Positions 52,409 to 64,000 of a stretch of DNA of 64,000 bases are shown here, one piece after another. This stretch comes from Octopus sinensis (Eukaryota): the NCBI RefSeq assembly GCF_006345805.1, contig NC_043007.1, positions 63,612,001 to 63,676,000 on the forward strand. Direction: 5' to 3'. The notes under the pieces were generated by a model. The model was not told where the DNA came from. It made no database searches and was given only the letters and a program-made list of their open reading frames with translations. Made by a program: the position numbers and the translations under genes. Position 1 is the first letter of the stretch; each line of letters opens with the position of its first letter.

Positions 52409-52899
52409 TGTTAAAAAACAAAAGGATTGGTTTTGAGTATCAATTATAAGAGTTTAAAAAAATGTTCTTGCATCTACTTTTCTTTATTCCATATATTTGG
52501 TCATCCAGTCTTTTACAATGGTTTTTATTATTCACAGCTAATAAATCACTAGTTTTTGTTTTATAATGGGTTACATATTATATATGATAGTTTGGATATC
52601 CTAGTTGACTTGGACAGCCAATCAAGAAGTTAAAGATTCATATCTGGCCACTGGCATTGCATATCTTGCTACCAGGACTTTTAATTCTCATTCTAGTTGT
52701 TACATACATGGGGAATATTAAGCCACATATATTTTGTAATACAAATTAGTAATTTTCATTTTATTAATGATCTTTCGCCATGTAATCCTCCATGATACAG
52801 AAGTATATCTTGCAGCTATACTAATTATTACTAACAACTGAGTTTGAAGTACTGAATTTTGATTCCATAATCAAATCCTTTTAACAATTCACCAACCAA

Positions 52900-54150
52900 T
52901 GTGTGTGTGTGCCATTAGTTAGCAAAATAAGAACAATCTCATCATCAAGGTTAATATCAAAAATAATCAATTTTAGTTCATATTAATCAAGATGTTTCAG
53001 AGTCATAACTTATTGTGGACTGCCAAGTCCAGTGGGAAACACCATACACATAGCCAAATTATAAGGTTCAAAATTTGTTTTATCTGATAAAATGCTTTTA
53101 CTGGAATAAAGTCTTATGAATTAGATGTAACACGGTATGATGTAGAGTTTGTAAATGGCAAAACTGGCCTGGATGCTTTAAAGTTTTATAAACACATTTA
53201 TGAATAATGATAACATCATTAAGTGTTTGGCTTTCAAAGAAATTTAATGGATTGATCTACAGCTTATTGTAGTTCAGAGGGAGTGGCAAAGATATTTAGT
53301 GATTCAGCTCTTGACTTTTGGAGATCAGTTGACAAAAAGGATTGCAACAGCAACTTCTGGAAGATTGTTCTAGTATCTGGTGGTGAATACAGGGATCTTC
53401 TGTTAAGTCAGCCATTCTATCAACAGTGCATGTAGAGGAGATACTAGAACTCTTGGTCAGTTTTGTATGATTTATCTGTATTTTGTAATATGCAACATGT
53501 TTCCATGTAAAACATTGAAGTTATGTTTCTTTTTAGTCATAATTTCATCAACTACATTGATTCTGTGAGCCTTTATTTTTCATTTATATGCAATTTGTTT
53601 GTAACTTTTATGATATTCCAAGGATTTGTTGCTCAAATTAGCTGTTTGTTCATTCCATTATAAGTTACTGTTGATAGTAACAACTTCGAATTTCATTTTT
53701 ATAACCAATATTCTACACACAGTGCATTAATTGAAGTTTATTTCACCATTTAGTCTGGGGAACACTATTTTTGTACTCTTTGTTGATTTAAATACCAACC
53801 ATCTGTTATTTCAGTCTTTCTTTTGTGTTGAAGTATCTGGTCAGGATATCTACAGCAAGGTTAAACTCCTTTGTTGATTCTATTGGTGAAGATACTGTAG
53901 AATTATCAATTCATAGGCACTGCTAGTTATTTGTAAAAGCTGACAATAGAAGTGGATTAAGTGTAGGACCCTGTGAATCTGATACATTGATAGGTGAAAA
54001 CCAGAAAGCACACTTGATACATATAGATGTAAATAGCTCTGCAACTGGCTTCTCTACAGTTCTTTGAATTTCAGCTTAGCATAGTCCATTTTATCTAAAG
54101 TTGTATCACTTTCCAGGATTGTTAGATGAATAAGTGCTTTTTATGTGACA
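52900..54150 (-). mobile_element. Highly decayed LINE (CR1/L2-like) RT remnant
   Basis: Minus-strand SQGPTLNPLLLSAFTNN (~53930-53985) resembles PQGS.LSPLLF..Y.ND, with NNLP further downstream. Otherwise riddled with stops, and the boundaries are uncertain. Confidence 0.35.
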
Positions 54151-54489
54151 TCACCAGTGTCAATTCTGCTGTGGCGGATGGGTCTTCTTGAGTATAAAAA
54201 CATACATTGTACTTTTTTTACATCTATTTCGTATTTCAGCCTAAGTTTGCAAATTTTGATCTTTTCATATCACTAGGTGAATATTTCATATGTGTTTGCC
54301 CTTTTCACTGTAAGCCTAATAGCTGCCAATGAGAACACACTGTGTTTACAGAAAGGTTTCAACTGCCATATGGTTAGTTATTCAGTTTCATAGCATCGGA
54401 CAATACCTTGCAGTTCTGGTCCTTAACATTCTGATTTCAAATCTTGCCAAGCAACTTAGCCTTTCTTTCAATTACTGGTGTTGTGACTT

Positions 54490-54640
54490 AGTGGTTAGGG
54501 TGTTAGACTCATGATCATGAAACTGTGATTTTGATTCCTGGACCAGGCGATGCATTGTGTTCTTGAACAAAACATTTCATTTCACATTGTTCCAATCCAC
54601 TCAGCTGGCAAAAATGAGTAATCTTGTGATGGACTATTGT
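54490..54640 (+). mobile_element. SINE family B head
   Basis: GACTTAGTGGTTAGGGTGTTAGACTCATGATCATG...GTGTTCTTGAACAAAACATTTCATTTCAC. Confidence 0.65.
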
Positions 54641-54651
54641 CCCATCCAGGT

Positions 54652-56122
54652 CATCATCATGATCATTTAACGTCCATTGTCCATGCTGGCATGGGCTGGT
54701 CAGTTTGACCAGGGCCGGCAAGTTGGAAGGCTGCACCATACTCCAGTCTGTTTTGGCATGGTTTCTATGGCTGGATGCCTTTCCTAACACCAACTGCTCT
54801 GAGAGCGTAATGAGCACTTTTATGTTCCACTGGCACAGGTGCCATTTGCATGGCACCAATATCTGCCATGACTACAATTTTACTTGGCTTGATAAGTCTT
54901 CTTCTCAAACATGGCGTAATGCCAAATGGTCTGGGTCCTTGCCTCCGTGGGGCTCAATGCTCGAAAGATGCTTTTACGTGCCACCAGCACAGGTGCCATT
55001 TGCATGACACTGGTTATATGCCAAGACTGCAATTTTACTTGGCTTGATGGGTCTTCTTCTCAAGCACAACATAATGCCAAAGGTATGCCAGAGGTCTCGT
55101 TTATTGCCTTTGTGAGGCCCAATACTCAAAAGGAGCTCAAAAACTTTGCCTCTGTGAGGTTCAACACATGGAAGATGCTTTTTATGTGCCACCTGCACAG
55201 ATGCCGGTTACATGACACCAGCATCAGCCACAACTATGATTTCACTTGGCTTGATGGGTTTTCTCTACCACAGTATATCGCCAAAGGTTTCAGTCACTAG
55301 TCATTGCCTCTGTGAGGCTCAAAGTTTGGAGATCATGCTTCACCACCTCATCCCATATCTTCCTGGGTCTACCTCTACCACAGGTTCCCTCCACAGTTAG
55401 GGATCGGCACTTCTTTACACAGCTGTCCTCGTCCATATGCATCACATGACTATACCAGTACATTCATCTCCCTTGCACACCACATCTGATACATCTTATG
55501 CCTAACTTTTCTCTCAAGATGTTTACACTCCATCAAACATGCATACTGACATTGCACATCCAGTGAAGCATACTGGCTTCATTTCTTTCAACAGCCCATG
55601 TTTCACTGCTATGTAGCATAGCTGTTCACACACAAACAATCTGCCTTTCATTCTGAGAGAAAAGCCCTTTGTTGCCAGCAGAGGCAGGAGCTCTCTAAAC
55701 TTTACCCCACCTAATCTTATTCTGACAGCTACACTCTCAGAGCATCCGCCTCCACTATTAACTTGATCACCTATATAACGGAAGCTATCAACTACCTCTA
55801 GCTTACCCCCATGGCAGTTGATGGAGTCTATTTTCTGTACATTTTTGTGTGCATCTATCACACTCAAAAGCTATTTTCCCTGTTAACCTTCCTCTGATAT
55901 TGCACCTTTTATGTGTCCAAAGCTTAGACCAAGTGCACCTTACAGAGTTATTACCTACACCTTTTCTACAGATCGAGCAGGGCCATCTACCTGAAGGGAC
56001 TTGTGATTTGTTTGCCTTCCTACTTACTAAGATTTTGGTTTTTGCTAGGTTAACCCTAAGGCCCTTCGATTCTAGACCTTGCTTCCATACCTGAAACTTC
56101 TCTAGTTCTGGTAGTGATTCAG
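54652..56122 (-). mobile_element. 5'-truncated older RTE LINE with variant 3' tail (three internal repeats)
   Basis: GGKLEVVDSFRYIGDQVNSGGGCSESVAVRIRLG plus a Cys-finger region. Tail repeats GTGCCAC..GCACAG.TGCC..TT.CATG at ~54820, ~54977 and ~55185. (ATG)n end at 54652. Confidence 0.85.
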
Positions 56123-56503
56123 CTATAAGAACACCAGATGAGGAATATATATGCTTTGGTCATCCTAGCTCTTGTGAGTAGATTTGGCTGATGAAAACTG
56201 AAAGAAACTTGTTTGTGTGTATGTGTGTGTCATTGCCTCTTAACAACTGCTGTTGGTTCGTTTACATCCTTGTAACTCACTGGTTTAGTAAAAGAGACTA
56301 AGAGAATAAAAATAAGACTGGGGTTGATTTGTTCAACTAAACCCTTCAAGGTGGTGTACCAGCATGGTTGCAGTCCAGTAACTGAAACAAAAGGCAAAAG
56401 AGGTTTAAGCGAATTGATGTGTTTTTTTTTTTCTTTCATAGAGATAGACAGATACCTAAATAGAAAATTATATCTTCTCTTATTTTTATTTTCAAAATCT
56501 CAG

Positions 56504-56665
56504 GCGTTGAATCATTTTGAAGAAGATCGGCCTGTTTTTCCTGGCTCCCGCTCAAACTATACACCTGCACTTGAATTCTTAAGATCTGATATGTATGATG
56601 GTATTCCTGTCTACAGGGTAATGAATAAAAAAGGAGAAATTATCCAAAAGGATCAAGATCCCCAA
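56504..56665 (+). CDS. BCKDHA: BCKDHA exon 2 (ALNHFEEDRPVFPGSRSNYTPALEF...IPVYRVMN...DPQ)
   Basis: CAG| acceptor and |GTAAG donor, 162 nt, phase 0/0. Similar to the human KPQFPGASAEF...IPIYRVMDRQG segment. Confidence 0.95.
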
Positions 56666-56749
56666 GTAAGATCACTTATCTTTCTTTTATTTTTTATTTT
56701 TTTACTTAAAAATTAATTGTAATGGTTAAAACAAACTAAATATCCAAAA

Positions 56750-57090
56750 AAAACTTATGTTTTTTCTTCTTGGCCAGTCGAGCAAATCGACCCCAGGACT
56801 TATTCTTTGGAAGCTTAGTACTTATTCTATCAGTTCTTTTGCTGAGCTGCTGAGTTACGGGGATGTAAACACACCAGAATTGGTTGTCAAGTGATGGAGG
56901 GGGGGGGGGCAAACACACACACACACACACACACACATATGTACATGTATATGACAAGCTTCCTTCAGTTTCCGTCTACCAAATCCACTCAGAAGGCTTT
57001 GATCAGCCTGAGGCTATAGTAGAAGACACTGCTCAAGGGGCTGGAACCTGGAACCATGTGGTTGGTAAGAAAGCTACTTACCACACAGCC
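56750..57090 (-). mobile_element. SINE family A in BCKDHA intron 2
   Basis: Reverse-complement head and tail with a (CA)n linker. Confidence 0.8.
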
Positions 57091-57365
57091 AAATCAAAAA
57101 TTGTTTGCTCCTAGCAATGCCAAATCTAAAGAGACCTAAATATGTTGAAATAATGATACTTTGCATGTCAGTTATGTATAATCTTCAAATGCTGGTGCCA
57201 GGAAGGATTACTGCAAAATCATTACATGGCATGAGCAAGTACATTGTTTTGAACTGTATTAAACAATTTGTTGTTTATAATTATTATTTTTTGTTATTTT
57301 TTCCCAAGGTTTGTGTGTTCAATTTTTAAAAATGTTTTTATCTTTTGATTTGTTATTTTCTGCAG

Positions 57366-57561
57366 TTGGATGATGACACAGTGTTAAAGATGTACCATGA
57401 CATGACGTTGCTGAACACTATGGACCGAGTGCTCTATGATTCTCAAAGACAAGGCAGAATTTCATTCTACATGACTAACTATGGAGAAGAGGGCACTCAC
57501 ATTGGGTCAGCTGCAGCTCTTGATCCTGGTGATTTGGTATTTGCTCAGTATCGGGAAGCAG
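57366..57561 (+). CDS. BCKDHA: BCKDHA exon 3 ([10 protein letters not shown]...[18 protein letters not shown]...QYREA)
   Basis: TGCAG| acceptor and G|GTATG donor, 196 nt, phase 0/1. Diagnostic [16 protein letters not shown] motif. Confidence 0.98.
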
Positions 57562-57944
57562 GTATGTCTGAAGATCAAATTTTTTTGTTCTCACACAGGA
57601 CTGTACTCCTTTCAGAAAAATGGTCTTGCTTGATATATAGAAAAGATAGAAATTTCATATAGGTAGAACTTCCATATAGTGCACTCAGTACAGAGGTAAA
57701 GTGGTATCACAGGAAGTTTAACACAGAAAGTAGATTTTGTATTTGGTAAATGTGGTAATAGATTTTCTTGAATGCTCAAGGTTGTTTCCTTGAGATTGTA
57801 GATTGTTTCATGACCTTAGTGATTTAATTAGTAGTGGAAGAGGGATTCTAAATGTATCATTGTTGGAATAAGAAAAGGATGGAGAAATTTCAATGAGCTA
57901 TTACCTTCAGTGATAACAAAAAGTATCAAAGTGAAAGGTAGATT

Positions 57945-58355
57945 TTATGAAGCTTATGTACAAACAACAATGTTACATGGTAGTAAGACATAGGCCCTGA
58001 ATGCAGAGAGAATGTGAAGACTTGAAAGGGATGAAGCTAGTATGCTCTGTTGGATGTGCGGTGTCAATATGTTTGTATGAAAAGTGCAAGCATGTTGAGA
58101 GAAAAGTTGGGCATAAGATGAATCAAGCATAATGTGCACGAGAGAAGACTGTTCTTGTATAGTCTTGTGATGCATATCGATGAGAGCAGCTCTATAGAGA
58201 ATTGTCAATTACTACATGTAGATGGAATTTGTTGAAGAGGGAAACCTAGGAAGACATGAGATGAAGTAATGAGAACTGATCTCAAGAATTTGAGACTCAG
58301 AAGAGATGACAAAAGGCTGAGATGATTGGTAATTTGTTGCGCTTAAGAAAACCTG
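57945..58355 (+). mobile_element. Decayed RTE 3' ORF fragment in BCKDHA intron 3
   Basis: ATGTTACATGGTAGTAAGACATAGGCC...GAAGCTAGTATGCTCTGTTGGATGTG matches the RTE consensus seen at 33843 and 63950. Confidence 0.75.
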
Positions 58356-60177
58356 TTGATCATGACAAAATCAAGATCCTAAATGCGTCATGTTTATGTC
58401 AATATATTTACTGGATCCTGCCTCTGCACCCAATCTGTCCCCATCAAACCTTCCCCACCTATCCTCTCACTCTTCTAATTATAGCACTGTTCAGCTGCTA
58501 TAATCTTAGGATAGCAGAATCTGCACATATTCCATCTGCTTTTGTGGTACAAGTTGCCACCTCCTCACCTTGGAAGTACTTCTTTTAACATTTGTCCTTT
58601 CCCACTTTCCACTAATTGCCCCTTTTCTGCCTCTACTTATCTTTCCTTCTCCTCTGAGTTCTATATTAGGACTGCCATATTTCATCGTTAACATCCTCTC
58701 TTATCTGCTGCTGACAAAAGCTTCTCTTCCACAGACTACAGAACCCTCTTCTATGTACCTTTGACATCCATCTTTGTCACTGTACATCTTTTTCTCTCTT
58801 ATACTTCTCATTCTCTCACTCCACACATCATCTCCCTATTTTCTGATTTATCTACAGGTTTATCGCATTACTTCTCCTTACCCTTCCTGTATTGCTACTT
58901 AGCACTTCTTTCTGAGCCATTCCTATTTCTTTCATTTCCACACTGATATTTACCATCAACCACATCTCCGTCCTCATTCCTTTCACTCTGTTCATATCTA
59001 CCCTCATTTGTCACTCTCCTCTCACACTCTAGTGAACTTGATTCTCCCACACTTCTGATCTTCTGTATTCTCTCTTAGATCACCTTCCTGTATTTTGAGA
59101 GTGTACCCCAACTACTGCCAATGTCCTTTCCAGTTACTCCCACCCTTATATAATGTAGAGTAGACATGTATCTTTATAGCAAGACACCTGTCCCTCTATT
59201 ATGCTTTAGCCTCCCAACACCTGGCATAAACTATCTCCCTCTCTGTTACAATCCCACTTAGTCAAGATGCTTTTTTCTTTGTTTTGCAAGTTATTTGGCA
59301 ACTTTGCTTGTGCTGGTGTTACAAAAAAAAAAACGGCGCCCAGCACAACACTGTAAATTGGTCAGCATTAGGAAGGGCATCCAACTGTACAAACCATGCC
59401 AAAGCAAACACTGGTGCTTGAAACAGTCCTTCTGCTTATTGGATCTAATTAAACAGTCCAACCCATTCCAGCAATGGGTTGGGATACATTAAATCATTTG
59501 CTTTTACAACTAAATGGCTTTTACATTGTTAACTACTGTAAAGTATAAGTAGTAAGAGTAGTATAAGTATTTATCTACAAAGGAAATTGAATCAAGTAGA
59601 TTTATATGAGAAAATATGATACAAAGGTTATAGTAATCCATAGTCTCAATGGCTGTAACTCAAATGTTCATGCTGATGCAAAATAGGTTTTCAAAAAGTA
59701 TAAGATGCTATATAATATGCATTTGTTAAGAAGCTTGTTCTAGTTTAATTATGCTAAAAATTAATTACCAATATGAACAAAGAAGAAATGAATATATGAG
59801 ACAAATACAATGTTGGGTAACAACCAAAGGTGTGTGATTGTAAATACAAGTGGCCAAAATATGGTTCCTCCAAAGGATTAATGTTACTCAGCAGGCTGCA
59901 TAACTCGGAGATCAAGAATTCTCTCCAGGTTGAATTGTTACTTCTCTGCATTGAGAGATCACAGCTCTGATACTATGGACATGCAATTAGAATGTTGCAG
60001 GAAAGAATCACAAGACATATTCTTCAAGCCATATCTGCACCTTATATGCTTTTAATATTTAAATTCCTGTTTCTCATTTACCAACTGTAGTTGTGTTATG
60101 AAACATTGGTTTCTTTAGATTGTTATTTTCCATAGTATTTATACTTCATGAAAACAGTAATTTTTTTTATTTAAAAG

Positions 60178-60339
60178 GTGTGTTGCTCTGGAGAGGGTTT
60201 CAGTTAGACGAGTTCATGAACCAATGCTATGGCAATAATGAAGATGCTGGAAGAGGAAGACAAATGCCAGTCCATTATGGCTCTAAGAACCTTAACTTTG
60301 TTACCATATCCTCAACTTTAGCCACACAAATGCCACAAG
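60178..60339 (+). CDS. BCKDHA: BCKDHA exon 4 (GVLLWRGF...QCYGN...GRQMPVHYG...[12 protein letters not shown])
   Basis: AAG| acceptor and G|GT donor, 162 nt, phase 1/1. Diagnostic GRQMPVHYG motif. Confidence 0.98.
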
Positions 60340-60499
60340 GTTTGTTTAAACAAATGGAAATTTTCTGTCTTCTGATCCAAATGTTTCTTTAGACAATTGC
60401 ATTATCATTATCATAGTTTTTTTTTTTCGTGTGTGTGTGTGTGTAAGATTTTATTTTGTACTGGTTTGGGATTGAGGAATCTGTAATGCTGTCAATTTC

Positions 60500-60690
60500 G
60501 CCCATGCCAGTGACACATAAAAAACACCCACTACACTCTCAGAATGGTTGGCATTATGAAGGGCATCCAGCTGTAGAAACCTTGCCAAATCAGATCAGAA
60601 CCTGATGCAGCATGCCAGCTTACCAGTTTTCAGTAAAACCATTCAGCCCATGCCAGCATGAAAAACAGACGTTAAATAATGATGATGATG
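60500..60690 (+). mobile_element. RTE 3'-tail-derived element with a single unit
   Basis: One TGCCAGTGACACATAAAAAA core, then CACCCACTACACTCTC...GACGTTAAATAATGATGATGATG. Confidence 0.8.
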
Positions 60691-61254
60691 AGCTGTAAAA
60701 ATTTTTTGCACAGGTCTAAAGTTTGACTTATTGAAGTTTTCTTTTCTCTTCTCTTGGCTAATCTTTCAACTACTTTTACTAACCTTGCATTTTTAAGGTT
60801 ACATTATACTACCTTGTTCCAACTCTTCTTCAAGTAAACATTGTTTCACTGTCTGCTCTGACTTTTGATGATTTGATCTCTCTACCTCAGTCCAAGTATT
60901 CTTCAAGTGATTTGTTTCAATTACCCTCTGTTTTTTTGTTTTTTTTAATATGCATGTGATTTAGGGGAAACACATAGGAACTCTCTTCAGTGGCTCATGT
61001 TAGAACATATTCTAAAGTGTTGTATCTTTTCTAACACTGTTCGTTTGACTTTGTAGCTGCTATCTTTTTGTTATCTTCCTTCAAAAAAAAAAAGTAGATC
61101 AAGACAAATACAGTTTTAACTCCTGAACTTTGAATCAAAAGCTCTACATTTTTATTATAGAATTACTAATTATTAAAGTATGATTATTATAATTTTTGTA
61201 ATGAGCCCTTCTAAAATTCCTTTATGTTATTTTCCATTCTCATTCTATTTACAG

Positions 61255-61399
61255 CTTCTGGTGCAGCTTATGCTTACAAACGTGCACAGAATGGTAAGTG
61301 TGTTATTTGCTATTTTGGTGAAGGCGCTGCTTCAGAAGGGGATGCTCATGCTGCATTCAATTTTGCTTCTACTTTAGATTGTCCTGTGATATTCTTCTG
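61255..61399 (+). CDS. BCKDHA: BCKDHA exon 5 ([10 protein letters not shown]...[21 protein letters not shown]...PVIFFC), start of the TPP-binding motif
   Basis: ACAG| acceptor and TG|GTAAG donor, 145 nt, phase 1/2. GEGAASEGD motif. The downstream exons lie beyond the window. Confidence 0.98.
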
Positions 61400-61731
61400 G
61401 TAAGTTCTGCTGCAAAGCTCCAACATCTATTGCTACCTTTTATTTTTTAAAATTTGAATCTACTGAGATTCTTTGGCTGGTATCATTAAGCAATAAATTC
61501 CATTACTGGAAGTGAAAGACATTCTTTTTCAATTTGATAACTTAATAAACCTAGAATATGGAATTTGATATATAATGGTATCCTTTGTCATTAGCACTAT
61601 GTTGTTGCATAATTGCTGTCAGTTCTGATACAGAGATAGATGACTGACTGGCTGAGAGTGACTCATCTAACACACTAAATATGTCATACTTTCGTTTCAC
61701 CTGGGACAATGTTATGCTTTCCATTATGCTC

Positions 61732-62947
61732 ATCGTCGTCGTCATTTAACTTTCCAGCTTTCCATGCTGGCATGGGTTGGACAGTTTGACTGAGGGCTGG
61801 TGAGCCAGAAGGCTGCACCAGCTCCTATCCAATCTGGCAATGTTTCTGCAACTGGATGCCCTTCCTAATGCCAACCACCCCATCCCAGGTTTTCCTGCGT
61901 CTGCCTCTTCCACAGGTTCCCTCTACTGCTAGGATGTGACACTTTTTCACACAGCTGTCCTCATCCATATGCAACACATGACCATACCAGTGCAGTTGTC
62001 TCTCTTGTACACCACATCTGATGCTTAAGTCCAACTTTTCTCTCAGGGTGCTTACACTCTGTCGTGTATGCACACTGACATTACACATCCAGCAGAGCAT
62101 ACTGGCTTCATTCCTTGCAAGCTTACGCATGTCCTCAGCAGTCATGGCCCATGTTTCACTGCCATGTAACATGGCTGTTTACACACATGCATCATACAGT
62201 CTACCTTTTTACTCTGAGTAAGAGGCCCTTTGTCACTAGCAGAGGTAGGAGCTCTCTGAACTTTGCCCAAGCTTTTCTTATTCTAGCAGCTACACTTTCA
62301 GAGCCCCCACCCTGACTATTGACTTGGTCACCTAGGTAATGGAAGCTATCAACTACTTGTAGTTTTTTTCCCCTGGAATGTGATGGAAGCTGTTTTCGGC
62401 ACATTTTCAGTGTTTACTGCCCCTGAGCATTTCCCACACACCAAAACTATCTCCTCAGTTGGTCTTCCTTTGATATTGCTCCACCTCTTATGTGTCCATA
62501 GCTTACACCAGGTATATCTGGTGAAGTTTGTACCTATGCCTTTTCTACAGATCGAGCAGGTCCATCTACCTGAAGGGATTTGTGGTTTGTCTGCTTTCTT
62601 ACTTATTAACACTTCGGTTTTTGCTAGATGGACTCAAAGACCCTTCAATTCTAGATTTTGCTTCCACACCTGAAACATCTCTACTTCTGATAGTGACTCA
62701 TCTATTAGAGCAAGGTCATCAGCATAGAGAAGCTCCTTGGGGCATCCTGTCTTAAATTCTCTGTTGTTGCCTGGAGGACTATGATGAATAAGAGGGGGCT
62801 TATGACTAATCCTTGGTGGACCCCTACTCCTACCCGGAATTCTTCACTGTACTCGTTGCCAACCCTCACCTTACTGACAGCATCCCTGTACATGACTTGT
62901 ACAGCTCTCACTAACCACTCATCTATCCCTAGTTTCCACACTGACCA
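61732..62947 (-). mobile_element. Older, frameshifted RTE LINE (RT middle to 3' tail)
   Basis: KLGIDEWLVRAV...GVHQG, the Cys finger, and MLHGSETWAMTAEDMRKL...WYGH. Several indels. Confidence 0.92.
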
Positions 62948-64000
62948 GTAATGAAGGTTACGGAGAGGGTTATAGCCCAGTTAATTAGAGAGAGAGTTAG
63001 CTTAGATGATATGCAGTTTGGGTTCGTGCCAGGGAAAAGTACTACTGATGCTATATTCCTGGTAAGACAGCTGCAGGAGAAATACCTAGCCAAAGGTAAG
63101 CCCTTGTACCTGGCTTTTGTTGACTTAGAGAAAGCCTTTGACAGGGTCCCCCGATCCCTTATCTGGTGGTCAATGAGGAAACTAGGGATAGATGAATGGT
63201 TAGTGAGAGCTGTGCGAGCCATGTACAGAGACGCAGCTAGTAAGGTGAGGGTTGGCAACAAGTACAGTGAAGAATTCCGAGTAGAGGTTGGGGTCCACCA
63301 AGGTTCAGTCCTCAGCCCCCTCCTATTTATCATAGTCCTCCAGGCAATAACGGAAGAATTTAAGACAGGATGCCCCTGGGAGCTCCTATATGCTGATGAC
63401 CTTGCCCTAATTGCTGAGTCACTATCAGAACTGGAGGAGAAGTTTCAGGTGTGGAAACAAGGATTAGAATCGAAGGGCCTTAGAATCAACCTAGCCAAAA
63501 CCAAAGTCCTAATAAGTAGGAAGGTGGACCAACCACAAACGACTTCAGGTAGATGGCCCTGCTCGATCTGTAGAAAAGGTGTAGGTAGAAACTCTATAAG
63601 GTGCACCAAGTGTAAGCTATGGACACATAAGAGGTGCAGCAATGTCAAAGGTAGGCTAACTGGGAAGATAGTTTTCGTATGTGGCAGATGCTCAGGAGAA
63701 ATAAACACTGGAAATGTGCAGAGACCAACTTCTACCACGTTCCAGGGAGACAAACTAGAAGTAGTTGATAGCTTCCGCTACCTAGGAGACCAAGTTAGTA
63801 GCGGGGGTGGGTGTGCTGAAAGTGTAACTGCTAGAGTAAGAATAGCCTGGGCAAAGTTTAGAGAGCTCTTACCCCTGCTGGTGACAAAAGGCCTCTCGCT
63901 CAGAGTAAAAGGCAGACTTTATGATGCATGTGTACGTACAGCCATGCTACATGGTAGTGAAACATGGGCCGTGACTGCTGAGGATATGCGTAAGCTCGCA
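62948..64000 (+). mobile_element. Young RTE LINE RT region, open frame 62951-64000 running off the window
   Basis: I translated 350 codons without a stop: QFGF, VDLEKAFDRVP, GVHQGSVLSPLLF, YADD, Cys finger, FRYLGD, HGSETW. It is absent from the ORF track because it has no stop in the window. Confidence 0.95.

Noticed and set aside
1-64000. A novel multi-gene or horizontally acquired system
   Set aside because: All recognisable coding sequence is accounted for by two conserved eukaryotic genes and known transposon classes. There is no operon-like, viral or compositionally foreign block.

Overview
This is AT-rich, repeat-dense eukaryotic DNA. Its SINE/RTE/microsatellite landscape looks like an octopus (coleoid cephalopod) genome, which is inferred from the repeat families and not proven. 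Two host genes sit head-to-head around a repeat-free, CpG-richer island at ~37.1-38.7 kb. On the + strand is BCKDHA (branched-chain keto-acid dehydrogenase E1 alpha). I reconstructed five phase-compatible GT-AG coding exons (38604-38711, 56504-56665, 57366-57561, 60178-60339, 61255-61399), and the gene continues past the window. On the - strand is the 39-nt first coding exon of a DESI2/PPPDE1 deSUMOylase (MAQEPVVLNVYDM, 37176-37138). I could not find its next exon, so 1-37137 is probably one very long intron. The rest is intronic or intergenic transposon material. It includes several RTE-clade LINE copies (one near full length, one with an uninterrupted 350-codon RT frame carrying an internal PHD-like Cys/His finger), a 5'-inverted CR1-type LINE, tRNA-derived SINEs, hAT/piggyBac/mariner/maT remnants and MITEs, Penelope-like termini, microsatellites and a 100-N gap. 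I see no convincing new multi-gene system. The best leads are structural: a variable-number palindromic 62-bp repeat in the RTE 3' tail, inverted RTE pairs within the BCKDHA pre-mRNA, and a twin-priming-like CR1 insertion.
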